Of a DNA stretch of 64,000 nucleotides, positions 10,473 through 20,063 are shown piece by piece. The DNA is from Acidimicrobiia bacterium (GTDB lineage Bacteria > Actinomycetota > Acidimicrobiia > Spongiisociales > ZC4RG35): contig JANQOU010000008.1 of NCBI GenBank assembly GCA_028285585.1, forward strand, positions 200,760 through 264,759, given 5' to 3'. The notes beneath the pieces are model-generated. The model was not told the DNA's origin and did no database searches. It saw nothing but the letters and a program-made list of their open reading frames with translations. Numbering within the stretch: position 1 is the first letter of the stretch; every line of letters starts with the position of its first letter. The position numbers and the translations under genes are program-made.

Positions 10473-10952
10473 TCATAGATCCAATTCAGCGCAGCTACGG
10501 GGGGCCTCCCAATATCCCCACTCGCTCACCGGGCTTCCCTCCAAAGGCTCGAGACTGGTGCTGTCAGCAAGGACATCGACACGTAGCCAGTTGCCACTTC
10601 CAACAGCAGCCAGTAGGAGACTGGGACGGTTGAGCGCCCAAGCTCCGACCCAGAGACGCGGCTCGACTTGCTCGCGGAGAATTCTCAGCCCGCGATTTGA
10701 CCAAATCTCGACCCAAACTTGGGTCACCCCTCGCGATGCGTCAAGCACCTCAGTGTGGACAATTGCGACATATTCGCCGTCTTGTGACCAGGCAGCCCAG
10801 TCCGGTCGCCGAGGGTACGTTGCCAACTCAGTTGGTTCAGAAAGATCGTTCGAGTAGATCGCGAGAAGATGCCCGTCTTCTCGCGGTGTTGACATGAGGA
10901 TATGGCGCTGCCGCTGTCGAGCATTCAGGGCCGAACGAGAGATGTCGACCAT
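10473..10952 (-). CDS. hypothetical protein, possible beta-propeller fragment
   Basis: WAAWSQDGEYVAIV resembles a PD40/WD-type blade; short, start uncertain. Confidence 0.35.
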   Translation of the reverse strand: MVDISRSALNARQRQRHILMSTPREDGHLLAIYSNDLSEPTELATYPRRPDWAAWSQDGEYVAIVHTEVLDASRGVTQVWVEIWSNRGLRILREQVEPRLWVGAWALNRPSLLLAAVGSGNWLRVDVLADSTSLEPLEGSPVSEWGYWEAPRSCAELDL

Positions 10953-11007
10953 CATCGGGTACCTGGCGGAGTAGGCCCGGAATTGGTTTGGTGGTCCATT
11001 CGGCCGT

Positions 11008-12054
11008 CTAGCCCACAGACGGTGTGAGCAGGGAAACCAACATGTAGCCGACAACAGCGAGCGTGAGAGCGGCCGCAGCTCCCGTTGCGAGCGCTCGCCA
11101 CGAGGCCCGGGTCAGTTCCCCTATCACGAGACTCATTCCAACCCCGACTATCGCTACGAGGATGGCTAGATCCGCAAATCCTGTGAGCACGCCCGCGATC
11201 GGCTCTGAAATGACCCCGAAGGTGCGGAGAGCCATCATCCCAAAGAACGCCAGTAGGAAAGTCGGAATGGCGTTCCTGACGCTGGACCGCAGCCCGTCGC
11301 CTCGAGCGTGTTCGCCCCCCACCCGCCAAGCGACCGCGGGTATCACGAGCGCCATAGCGGCGTTCCGAATCAGTTTGACCACTGTTGCGACGTCGCGGGC
11401 CGACTCTGAAAACGCCGTCCCCGCCGCCACCACCTGGCTCGTGTCTTGGATTGCCAGACCGGCCCAGAGCCCGAAAGAGACATCGCCCATGCCCGATAGT
11501 CGACCAATGGGAGGAAGAATCAAGAGACTCACAGTGCCGCAGATCGTGACGGTGCTGACCGCAAGGGCGACATCCGACGAACGGGCCTTGATGACCGGCG
11601 CGGTGGCCATGATCGCCGTGTTGCCACAGATTGCGGAACCTACGCCGATCAAGGCTGCTAGCTGACGCCCACAGGACAAACGCTGGCCGACGATCCATGC
11701 CACTCCGAAGCCCAGTGTGATTGAAGTCGCCACGAGTACTATCGACTCCGATCCGAGTCGGGCGACATCGCCAAGGCTCAGCCGGGCGCCCAACAGCACG
11801 ATTCCGATTCTCAAGACATGACTCGTAAGGATTCGCAGCCCATCGCGCAGGTACCTGTGGGATAGGACATTCCCGACGATGACGCCGAGTATGAGGGCGA
11901 CGGGGATCGGGCTCACCCCGGCGGGCAGGGCTCCAGCGAGCAACGACGCCGACGCCGCCACGGCTGCTCCGGCCATGACTCCCGGGAGGTAGGACAGCAC
12001 CGTCGGGGTATCTGATCGGCTCGGTGTGTGACGAGCGGTCTCGGACTCGCTCAT
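11008..12054 (-). CDS. putative sulfate exporter (PSE/YeiH, UPF0324) membrane protein
   Basis: LRIGIVLLG, GSAICGNTAIMATAPVIKA, WAGLAIQDTSQVVAAG, ATVVKLIRN. Confidence 0.88.
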   Translation of the reverse strand: MSESETARHTPSRSDTPTVLSYLPGVMAGAAVAASASLLAGALPAGVSPIPVALILGVIVGNVLSHRYLRDGLRILTSHVLRIGIVLLGARLSLGDVARLGSESIVLVATSITLGFGVAWIVGQRLSCGRQLAALIGVGSAICGNTAIMATAPVIKARSSDVALAVSTVTICGTVSLLILPPIGRLSGMGDVSFGLWAGLAIQDTSQVVAAGTAFSESARDVATVVKLIRNAAMALVIPAVAWRVGGEHARGDGLRSSVRNAIPTFLLAFFGMMALRTFGVISEPIAGVLTGFADLAILVAIVGVGMSLVIGELTRASWRALATGAAAALTLAVVGYMLVSLLTPSVG

Positions 12055-12172
12055 GTCTGTGAACGTGTCCCACGTGAGCTGGGTGGGCCAACCGCTCTGC
12101 GTCTCGCATGGATCAACGCTTCCTTCGGATGGGCACACACATCTGATTCCATTCGAGAGCTACTCGTCGGCA

Positions 12173-13348
12173 TCACCCCGAGTACTTGGAGGCTGCCCCG
12201 GTGTTGTACAGCACAACGGTGTCACCCGCCGAGAGCCATCCCGAAGCCAAGAGCTGTCGGTAGGCCGCAAGGCAAGCTCCGCCCTCCGGAGAGCCCCAAA
12301 CCCCGGTTTCTCTGGCCAGGGACAGAGAAGCGTCGATCATTTCCTTCTCCTCGACCGCAACAGCTGTCCCGTTGGTTGATCTCAACCCCTCGAGGATCAA
12401 ACGATCCCCCAAGGCCGACGGAACCCTCAGCCCGAACGCCAGGGACTCATCAGGATCAAGCCAGGTCTCAGCTCGATCAGCGCCATCGGTGACGGCCTTG
12501 ACGATCGGCGCACAGCCAGCCACCTGCACTGCGACCATCCGTGGGCGCAAGGAGTCGATCCACCCCAGCTCCTCCATCTCGTCGAAGGCTTTGACCATCC
12601 CGACGAGTCCGGTTCCGCCACCTGTCGGATAGATGACGACGTCGGGCAGCCGACCGAAATCCCAGAAGATCTCATAGCCCATCATCTTCTTGCCCTCCAC
12701 CCGGTACGGTTCGCCCAGAGTCGCAAGTGAAAACCAGGACGGATCCTTGGCCCGCTCTCGACTCAGCGCGCCCGCATCGGCGATGCTTCCCTGGACGAGA
12801 ATGACTTTGCCGCCCAAGGCTTCGATCTCATCGATCAACGGGAGTGGCGTGTTGGATGGAACCACCACCTCGACTGATACGCCGTAGATTGCGCCGTAGG
12901 CTGCTGCGGCTCCTCCGGCATTTCCGTTCGAGGGAAGACAGAAGTTTCGAGCGCCTAGTTCAAAGCTCCGGCCAACGGCCACCGCCATGCCCCGTGCTTT
13001 GAAAGAACCGGTCGGGTTCTGTGACTCGTCTTTGACCCAAACGTTCTCACCCACCCCACGACCGGGGAGCATCGGGGTGCCGCCCTCGCCCAGCGTCGGG
13101 CTCTGTGTTCCGGCGGCCAGAGGCAGCATCTCGTGGAAACGAAACTGCCCGCGATTGCGGGCGAGGACATCGGCGAGGGTCGCCGAGATGGACGAGATGT
13201 CGTAGCGCGCAAGGAGGGGCCCGCCACATTGCCCACACACATTCTGGAGAGTGTTGGCATCATGACGTTCGGAGCAGTGTCCACACTCGAGATGGGACAG
13301 CGCAGACGGGATCGTCTCGTCAGTCGTAGTGCTGGACATGTCGGGCAT
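12173..13348 (-). CDS. threonine synthase-like PLP enzyme (fold type II)
   Basis: N-terminal CxxC...CxxC Zn ribbon, TLGEGGTP, KDESQNPTGSFKARG (PLP Lys), SNGNAG, EGKKMMGYE, YPTGGG. Confidence 0.88.
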   Translation of the reverse strand: MPDMSSTTTDETIPSALSHLECGHCSERHDANTLQNVCGQCGGPLLARYDISSISATLADVLARNRGQFRFHEMLPLAAGTQSPTLGEGGTPMLPGRGVGENVWVKDESQNPTGSFKARGMAVAVGRSFELGARNFCLPSNGNAGGAAAAYGAIYGVSVEVVVPSNTPLPLIDEIEALGGKVILVQGSIADAGALSRERAKDPSWFSLATLGEPYRVEGKKMMGYEIFWDFGRLPDVVIYPTGGGTGLVGMVKAFDEMEELGWIDSLRPRMVAVQVAGCAPIVKAVTDGADRAETWLDPDESLAFGLRVPSALGDRLILEGLRSTNGTAVAVEEKEMIDASLSLARETGVWGSPEGGACLAAYRQLLASGWLSAGDTVVLYNTGAASKYSG

Positions 13349-13400
13349 CGAATTCTGGGGTGGGTGTCCCTCTCTCAACGGTTACCGCCTTACTTGGTTG

Positions 13401-14834
13401 CTAGTCGTCATCGTCTGCGACTGCGATCGTCGTCAGATCTCGGAAGGGTTCGATACCGAGCCGCCCTCCTTCGTAACCCCCGTAACCACTTGCCTTGAGC
13501 CCCCCGAACGGGAACTGAGGGGTGGTGGGGGAAGGAACGTTGACACCGATCAGCCCACATTCGATCTTCTGGCTCAGGCGGACTCCGCGTGCAGGATTCG
13601 AGGTCGCAAAGTACGCCGCCAATCCCATTTCATCTCCGATGCTGTCCTCGAACACCTCATCGATGTCGTCGAATCGGCGAAACGGTGCGACCGGGCCAAA
13701 GATCTCTTCGTTCCAGATTCGAGAATCGACCTGGGGATCCAGGACCGCCGTCGGCGCCATGTAGAAGTAGTTTGGGGTGTCGACATCAGTAGCCACGATG
13801 GTCGCTCCCCCGACCCGGGCCTCCTCGATCAAGGTCTGAAGACGATCGACCGAAGTCCTCTTCCGGAGCGGCCCAAGGTCGGTCTCAGGGTCGAGGGGAT
13901 CGCCCACACGCATCTTCGCAATGTGCTGACAGAACGCCGAGGTCACTTCGTCCCAAAGATTCGAGGCAACCCACACGTGGTTGGCGGCAATGCAGGACTG
14001 GCCATTGTTTCGGAACTTGGCGACGACCAGATCGGCAACGGCCGACTCCACTGAGGCGTCTTCGAGGATGATGAAGGGAGCATGCCCGCCGAGTTCGAGT
14101 GTCGTGTCCATCAGACGACTCCCCCCGGTCTGTGCCAGTTGGCGACCCACTGTGGTGGATCCAGTGAATGAGACTCCGTTGACCCGCTCATCGGCCAACC
14201 AGGTGTCAACAACGTCTCCCACGGGACCGACGACTGTGTTTACGACGCCGGGGGGTAGATGACGATCGAGAATCTCCGCCAACCTGAGACCCGCCAGAGC
14301 ACCGTCGAGGGAAGGCCGGAAAACGATCGAACAACCCGCCGCAAGGGCCGGAGCGATCTTCCGTGCTGGAATCGACACCGGGAAGTTCCACGGGGTCAGC
14401 ACCGCCACGACGCCCTTGGGGCGAGAAATCACCTTGTGCCTGACTCCGGGGCGCGCCCTCCACTCGAAGTCGGGATCGGTTCGCGTCACGGCAGCGAACC
14501 AGCGGAAGTAGCTGGCCGCGACCTCAATCTCCCCCCGGGCCTCGGCGAGCAACTTGCCTGATTCACGGGCGAGCAATCCGGAAAACCCTGAATCCGAGGC
14601 GCGGATCAGGTCGTCAGCAATGGCGAGGAGAGCATCGGCGCGTTCGGGTGCAACGGTTTTTGCCCAGTCCTTCCCCGCGTCTACAGCGACAGCCACTGCC
14701 GTCGTGGCTTCCGCTACACCGCCTCCGGCGATCGACGACAGGGTCTCCCCTGTTGCCGGCTCGGTCACGCCGATCGATGCGGGACCCGCGTCCGCTGCGC
14801 CGGAGATCCGGACGCCGGGTTCGATACTGCTCAT
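13401..14834 (-). CDS. NAD(P)-dependent aldehyde dehydrogenase (succinate-semialdehyde DH/GabD-like)
   Basis: TPWNFP, FTGSTTVG, LELGGHAP, KFRNNGQSCIA, EEIFGPV, PFGGLKASG. Confidence 0.92.
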   Translation of the reverse strand: MSSIEPGVRISGAADAGPASIGVTEPATGETLSSIAGGGVAEATTAVAVAVDAGKDWAKTVAPERADALLAIADDLIRASDSGFSGLLARESGKLLAEARGEIEVAASYFRWFAAVTRTDPDFEWRARPGVRHKVISRPKGVVAVLTPWNFPVSIPARKIAPALAAGCSIVFRPSLDGALAGLRLAEILDRHLPPGVVNTVVGPVGDVVDTWLADERVNGVSFTGSTTVGRQLAQTGGSRLMDTTLELGGHAPFIILEDASVESAVADLVVAKFRNNGQSCIAANHVWVASNLWDEVTSAFCQHIAKMRVGDPLDPETDLGPLRKRTSVDRLQTLIEEARVGGATIVATDVDTPNYFYMAPTAVLDPQVDSRIWNEEIFGPVAPFRRFDDIDEVFEDSIGDEMGLAAYFATSNPARGVRLSQKIECGLIGVNVPSPTTPQFPFGGLKASGYGGYEGGRLGIEPFRDLTTIAVADDDD

Positions 14835-14838
14835 CGAT

Positions 14839-15840
14839 TCACTCGCTCGTCCCGCTGGCGGTGGGGGTTTCGCTGGCGCCGAGGATGGCTCTGACACCTT
14901 CTGCCACTTCGAAGGCGACACGCAACGACGACTCAATAGTGAGACCCGCGATGTGGGGTGTGAGAATGAGGTTCGGAACGTCTGCGAACGGTTCAGCGGC
15001 TTCGCAGGACAGCGGCTCGGTTTCGAACACGTCGAGGGCTGCTCCACCGAGTCGACCAGATCGCAGGGCAACGGCCACAGCATGTTGATCGACAATGCCT
15101 CCCCGGGAAGTGTTTACCAGCAACGAACCTGGCTTCATCAGTTGGATCGCTCGTTCGTCGATGAGGTTGTGAGTCTTTGATGTCAAGGGCACGTGGATGC
15201 TGATGGCGTCTGAAGACTCGAGTAGGTCGTCCCAGCCCGACGAGACAGCTTCTTGCCAGCGACTGTCGGCGGCGTCGATCTGCGGATCGTGGGCGGCAAC
15301 CGTCATCCCGAGAGCGGAGGCTCTCTTCGCCACTTCTCTGGCGGTGGCACCGAAGCCGACGAGCCCGAGTCGCTTGCCGGATGCTTCGAAACCGACACTT
15401 TCTCGTCTCGGCCATTCCCCATTGACAACTCGATCGGTGTGACCAAGAGCCGGTCTCCACAGAAGAAGCAGGGCCGCGACGACGTAGTCGGCAACGGACG
15501 TCGCATTCGCCCCAAACGCGGCGCGAACCTGGACATCGGCAGCCTCACAGGCCTCGACGTCGATGTTGTCCAAACCAGCACCTAACCGTCCGACCACCTG
15601 GAGACGCCGGGCCGCCGACAACAACTCGACATCGACCTTCGTCTGATTCCGGACCACCAGCCCCCTGGCCTGCGGCATCAACCGGAGCAACCGAGCGCGA
15701 TCGTTGTACAGAGTCGGGTCGTACACGACAGAGAAATCGTCTACCAGCCCACCAACAGCCTGCTCATCCATGTCTTCGCAGATGATGATCTCGGCCCGAG
15801 AAGGATCGGCTGGCTCGTCGGTGGAGTCTGAGTCGCTCAT
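14839..15840 (-). CDS. D-2-hydroxyacid dehydrogenase, resembles (S)-sulfolactate dehydrogenase SlcC
   Basis: IIICEDMDEQAV...VYDPTL...LVVRNQTKV...GRLGAGLDNID...GANATSVA; NTSRG, DVFETEP, TPHIAG. Confidence 0.8.
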   Translation of the reverse strand: MSDSDSTDEPADPSRAEIIICEDMDEQAVGGLVDDFSVVYDPTLYNDRARLLRLMPQARGLVVRNQTKVDVELLSAARRLQVVGRLGAGLDNIDVEACEAADVQVRAAFGANATSVADYVVAALLLLWRPALGHTDRVVNGEWPRRESVGFEASGKRLGLVGFGATAREVAKRASALGMTVAAHDPQIDAADSRWQEAVSSGWDDLLESSDAISIHVPLTSKTHNLIDERAIQLMKPGSLLVNTSRGGIVDQHAVAVALRSGRLGGAALDVFETEPLSCEAAEPFADVPNLILTPHIAGLTIESSLRVAFEVAEGVRAILGASETPTASGTSE

Positions 15841-15848
15841 CCGTCTTG

Positions 15849-15864
15849 CATGTTACATGTAACA
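15849..15864. promoter_or_regulatory. palindromic operator (probable GntR box) inside the catabolic cluster
   Basis: Perfect 14-bp palindrome TGTTACATGTAACA (15851-15864); the overlapping CATGTTACAT matches boxes at 28745 and 28865. Confidence 0.6.
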
Positions 15865-15910
15865 GGCCCTCCCGGCGAAAGAACAGGCGTGACTCGGTCT
15901 TGACCGCCTC

Positions 15911-17392
15911 CTAAGTGACGTCGGTGACGGGCTCGAACGGAAAGAGCGGTCTCCGGCGTCTCCGGTACGGAAGATTCTCCATGTCGGCCCGGGTCGAACC
16001 GGGTGTGGCGACCTTAAGGATCGTTGGGCAGTAGGGTGCGTAAGCGGGTATGGGCGCATTCGTCCCTTTGGCCACGATCACATCGAAGTCGGTGGGATCG
16101 AGCCCGCAACTCGTCAGCTGGCCGATGCTGAAAGGCATGACCCGGAGTGAGGTCAGCTGCACGGTGAGACCGTCACACGCGACGATGGCGGTGTGCCCCA
16201 TGTCGAATTCCTGGAGACCGGCATGACGGACAGCCTCCTCAAAGAACTTCCCCTCGTGCAGACTCAGCACGGTCGCGGAGGTCGTGATCGGTGACCCGTG
16301 CAGGTCGTCGGTCTTTGCCCCAACCTCCAGTTTCACCGACTTGCCCACCCCGGCGCTGGCGGCTGCCGCCACGCTCGTGGGGTCGTAGATGGCCACAAAC
16401 CCGCTCTCGATCGGTGATTCCAGGATCCTCTTCGCCAGGATGGTGCCGTCGCCGGCCGAGCCGCCTCCGATGTTGTCCCCGGTGTCGAGCAGGCAAACAC
16501 GCTCCGTCGCCGACGACGCCCGAGATACCGCTTCATCGACACCTACCAGACGTGCCACAAATCGCTCACGCTCGCTCATCAGGGTTGACCCGACACGACG
16601 CGCATGTTCGGTAGCTTCCTGTGGGGAGGCATCTGTGACAACCACCACCGACGCTCCGTTCTCAACCACATCGGCGAACCGGTATCCGAGACAGAAGCTG
16701 GCGCTGAGCACGTCTGGCTCAGAACGCACCTCGTCCATCAACATCCCGATAGACGCACAGGGCTCGACGCGTGTGTCCTGGAGCAAAACGTTGATGGCCA
16801 GTGGGGGAAACACCGCAGCTTGAGTCAGGGCTACTTCCCCCGCGACAGCCCTCAGCATGAGGTGCGCTGCCTCCATGCCCCGGTCGAATGTGTCCAGGTG
16901 GGGATTGGTCCGATACGCCACCAAAGCGTCGGTTGCATCCACCATGTCATTGGACACGTTGGCGTGGGCATCGAGCGTAGCGATGATTGGTATCTGCCCG
17001 ACGGCCGCCCTGATCTGTCGTAACCACCAGCCATCGGCGTCCGGGTGCTCTTCACAGACGGCAGCACCGTGAGCTGCCATCAGCAGCCCGTCGAGCGTGG
17101 GGACGGCACCAATCGCCGTGAGGGCCCGGTCGAGAAGGGCTTCGCAGGCAGCAGATGTGATCTCCCCGCTTGGGGTGGCCGAAGCCGAGAAAAGAGGCAC
17201 CGCTTCTACCGGATTGTCATCCAGACCGGCGAAAAACCCGCCTAGATCGGAGTGCTGACCCGTCCAGCGATCGCGCACACCAGGGCCAGCGTGCATCTCG
17301 AACATCTCAAGGTTCGTACGGGTTGGCACAAAGCTGTTCGATTCGTGCCAGAGACCCAAGACGCCGATCCGGGGGGTTCGGTTGCCGGTCAC
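15911..17392 (-). CDS. M81 family metallopeptidase/deacylase (MlrC-like)
   Basis: HESNSF, AHGAAV, TLDAHAN, YRTNPHLD, DTGDNIGGG; GTGA-coupled to the upstream gene. Confidence 0.88.
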   Translation of the reverse strand: MTGNRTPRIGVLGLWHESNSFVPTRTNLEMFEMHAGPGVRDRWTGQHSDLGGFFAGLDDNPVEAVPLFSASATPSGEITSAACEALLDRALTAIGAVPTLDGLLMAAHGAAVCEEHPDADGWWLRQIRAAVGQIPIIATLDAHANVSNDMVDATDALVAYRTNPHLDTFDRGMEAAHLMLRAVAGEVALTQAAVFPPLAINVLLQDTRVEPCASIGMLMDEVRSEPDVLSASFCLGYRFADVVENGASVVVVTDASPQEATEHARRVGSTLMSERERFVARLVGVDEAVSRASSATERVCLLDTGDNIGGGSAGDGTILAKRILESPIESGFVAIYDPTSVAAAASAGVGKSVKLEVGAKTDDLHGSPITTSATVLSLHEGKFFEEAVRHAGLQEFDMGHTAIVACDGLTVQLTSLRVMPFSIGQLTSCGLDPTDFDVIVAKGTNAPIPAYAPYCPTILKVATPGSTRADMENLPYRRRRRPLFPFEPVTDVT

Positions 17393-19287
17393 TTCGAGTC
17401 CGCGAACTCTCTCCCGTAGAAAGCGAAGTACTGCTCCACGGGTTCGTCCTTTCTGGCGCTGCCCCGTGCCATATCTGACGGGTTGGCCCGCCTGGAGTCG
17501 AGCCACGGCGAGTACAGGACTGCACCGAGTCTGGCCGCATGCAGGGCGGTTCGATCGTATTGGAGCCGCTCCGCAGCGTCGGGCCGCGTAGATTGGGAGG
17601 AGATCCCCATCTCCATGTCGGCTACCGCGAACTCGAGGTTGGCGGCAAGGGCCGAGACCATGAGCGCTTCGGCATCATCGGCAGGGTCAACAGATTTCAC
17701 ATCGGCCAGGCAATCTCGATACACCCGGGCGGTATTCTCAGTCACCGACGCATCCTCATATGACCCGAGGAAACCCTTGAAGAAGGTTCCACCGGCGTCT
17801 TCAAACCGCTCGAGAATGGTTGCCATCGTCGACGCCGATCCGGAGAAGCGCGCACTCAGATAGGACTCGATGAACTCCCGATAATCGAGGCTGACGTCCC
17901 AGGACAGCGCCGAGATGAGCTGATGGACGAGCTCATAGGTCAGCCAATCCCCCGGAACCACATACGTTCCGGACCCGAAGGCAGCGACACCGAGAGACCT
18001 ATAGAACGGTATCTCCTTCGACATGAGGTGTGGCAGGAGTACAGGCAACGAGTGCCACGCCATCTTCCGGTAGTACTCATACCAACCGACCTTGCCGGCA
18101 AAGCCGGCGTCTCTCCAGCGTGATAGCAGTGACGGCCACTCTGCATTCCTTGGCTGGTCCGGAGAGAAGATGGGCGCCCCATAGTCCCGATCGAGGGGTG
18201 CGAAGTCGACGATGACATCCTCGTGGTATCCATACTCGGGGTCGGGCGGATCGAGGGCCGGTGTGTATGAGAGAGTGGCGACCGTCACCGGCAGACGGTT
18301 GTTCCTCAGTTCCGCGCACAGCCGGTTGGTTACGTGAGCCTGAGCGTTGCTCATCGTTCCGAACCGGTCGACGGTCGACTCGGCCCACCGGGCGAAGTCG
18401 GGTGGCCACGCCTCGAAGATCGAGACCTCGGGTCGGTCGGCGAGATAATCGACCACGGCGTCGACATATGTCTGAACCGCCTCGGGGTGCTCCGCTTTGA
18501 ACACGGTTGGCGGAGGTTCGCCGGTGGCAGTGGGCTCATCGACTCCGCCGAACCAATCGGGATGGGCAGGTTCGAGATCGGAAGGCTTCAGGAACGACTG
18601 GTACCCGTGCCCGCCGGTTTCGACGGCAATGGCGCGCCTGGCCAACTCGGGTAGGACATGTTCCCGATAGTCGTCCCATCGCACGAGACCCCTCCCTTCG
18701 TCGTCGTAAGGGAAGACCAACGTGTTGCGTCTCTGCTTGGCCATCCAGTCGATAATGGCGACGAGAGCATCGGAGTCGATGCTCCACCCTTCGCCCGCGT
18801 CGGCGCGCCGAATGTCGAAGGACGGCGACTCGGTGACGCTGAGGCCCACATCGAGCGTGTTCGCAGCCGGGATCTTCTCGTGGTGCCCCCGGTAGGTCGG
18901 AAAGCGCGGGGCAAAGAACCGGACTCCCACCTGCTCCAGCAGCCGGTAGGTCGAATACAACACTCCCCGCTCGGACCGCGAGGCCAAAACACCCACCGGG
19001 CTATTCAGATTGATTGAGTAACCATCGGGGTGACGACCACAAAGCTCGACGCTCGCCGACTGGATACCGGCGACCACTTGTTCCGACGACGTCCCTCGAG
19101 GTGCAAGCGCCAACGCAGCAACCGAACCGGGGCCCGACTGATGTTCAGCTATGCCCAACCGCGCCCCCGTGATCAGATAGACGTACTTCTGCAGTTCTTC
19201 GGCGGCGAAGCCCACCGGATCAGCAGGGCTCTGACCCCCTATGGGTGTGATCACAAGTGAGGTTCTGCCTTGGTCGACAAGAAGCAT
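17389..19287 (-). CDS. DUF4838-like putative glycoside hydrolase (GH20/GH67-like N-domain plus TIM barrel)
   Basis: FAAEELQKY...ITG, RGVLYSTYRLLEQVGVRFFAP, ESPSFDIR, DWMAKQRRN, GGHGY, HPDWF; no signal peptide seen. Confidence 0.65.
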   Translation of the reverse strand: MLLVDQGRTSLVITPIGGQSPADPVGFAAEELQKYVYLITGARLGIAEHQSGPGSVAALALAPRGTSSEQVVAGIQSASVELCGRHPDGYSINLNSPVGVLASRSERGVLYSTYRLLEQVGVRFFAPRFPTYRGHHEKIPAANTLDVGLSVTESPSFDIRRADAGEGWSIDSDALVAIIDWMAKQRRNTLVFPYDDEGRGLVRWDDYREHVLPELARRAIAVETGGHGYQSFLKPSDLEPAHPDWFGGVDEPTATGEPPPTVFKAEHPEAVQTYVDAVVDYLADRPEVSIFEAWPPDFARWAESTVDRFGTMSNAQAHVTNRLCAELRNNRLPVTVATLSYTPALDPPDPEYGYHEDVIVDFAPLDRDYGAPIFSPDQPRNAEWPSLLSRWRDAGFAGKVGWYEYYRKMAWHSLPVLLPHLMSKEIPFYRSLGVAAFGSGTYVVPGDWLTYELVHQLISALSWDVSLDYREFIESYLSARFSGSASTMATILERFEDAGGTFFKGFLGSYEDASVTENTARVYRDCLADVKSVDPADDAEALMVSALAANLEFAVADMEMGISSQSTRPDAAERLQYDRTALHAARLGAVLYSPWLDSRRANPSDMARGSARKDEPVEQYFAFYGREFADSK

Positions 19288-20063
19288 CAGCTCGTCCCGG
19301 CATGGACGAGGAAGCCCGTCCCAGGCTCGACACCAGTGATGTTGTTAGGAATCCAATCGACAGCAGAGGCATCCAGGTAAGACTCAACCCAAAGGTCCCA
19401 ATGGATGGGCACAACTGTGTCGGCGTTCATGAGCCCCACGGCGTCCTCGAACTCCCCCTGGTTCAGATAGACCTTGTTCCCGAGAAGCGTCTCGCCGAAA
19501 TTCAGGAAGGCCAAGGTCACGTCGAGATCACCAACCTGTGAGAACACGTCGGGGTCGAACCCGGTGTCACCGAAGTGGGCCACCCTGGCCGTCTGAGACT
19601 CGACAACGTATGAGACAGCTTCGATGGCGAAGTCGTCGGCGCTGCGCAACACATTCACCACGAACGCTCCGACCTCAAGCCGATCTCCAGCACGCACCGG
19701 GCATACGTCGTCGATGCCTCCGGCTCTCAAAGCCTTGGCAGCTTCCCCGGGTGCGAACACCGCGGTCGAAGAACCGTTGCTCAAAGCGCGAACCGCTTCG
19801 GGGTCGCAGTGATCGCGATGCTCGTGGGTGATCAAAAAAACGTGGGCCTGGTGGGCGTCATCGGGTCCAATCGCCGACACTGCTCGCCGGGTGATCTTCG
19901 GATTGGCTGCCTGACCAAAGAAGGGGTCGATCCACAGATATTGATTGAGACTGCGAACGACGACCATCGAGCCTCCGGCCCAGAACATAAAGTCCCCCGA
20001 GATCGGGTTGCCGGGATCCAGCATCGGAGGGCCTGACTCCCTGGGAACCACCTCGATCGTCAC
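19287..20063 (-). CDS. MBL-fold metallo-hydrolase (UlaG/lactonase-like)
   Basis: WIDPF, ITHEHRDHCD, HFGDT, VPIHWD. Confidence 0.85.
   Translation of the reverse strand: MTIEVVPRESGPPMLDPGNPISGDFMFWAGGSMVVVRSLNQYLWIDPFFGQAANPKITRRAVSAIGPDDAHQAHVFLITHEHRDHCDPEAVRALSNGSSTAVFAPGEAAKALRAGGIDDVCPVRAGDRLEVGAFVVNVLRSADDFAIEAVSYVVESQTARVAHFGDTGFDPDVFSQVGDLDVTLAFLNFGETLLGNKVYLNQGEFEDAVGLMNADTVVPIHWDLWVESYLDASAVDWIPNNITGVEPGTGFLVHAGTS

Noticed and set aside
15911-17392. Microcystin degradation cluster
   Set aside because: No mlrA/mlrB/mlrD; M81 homologues are widespread in other catabolic loci
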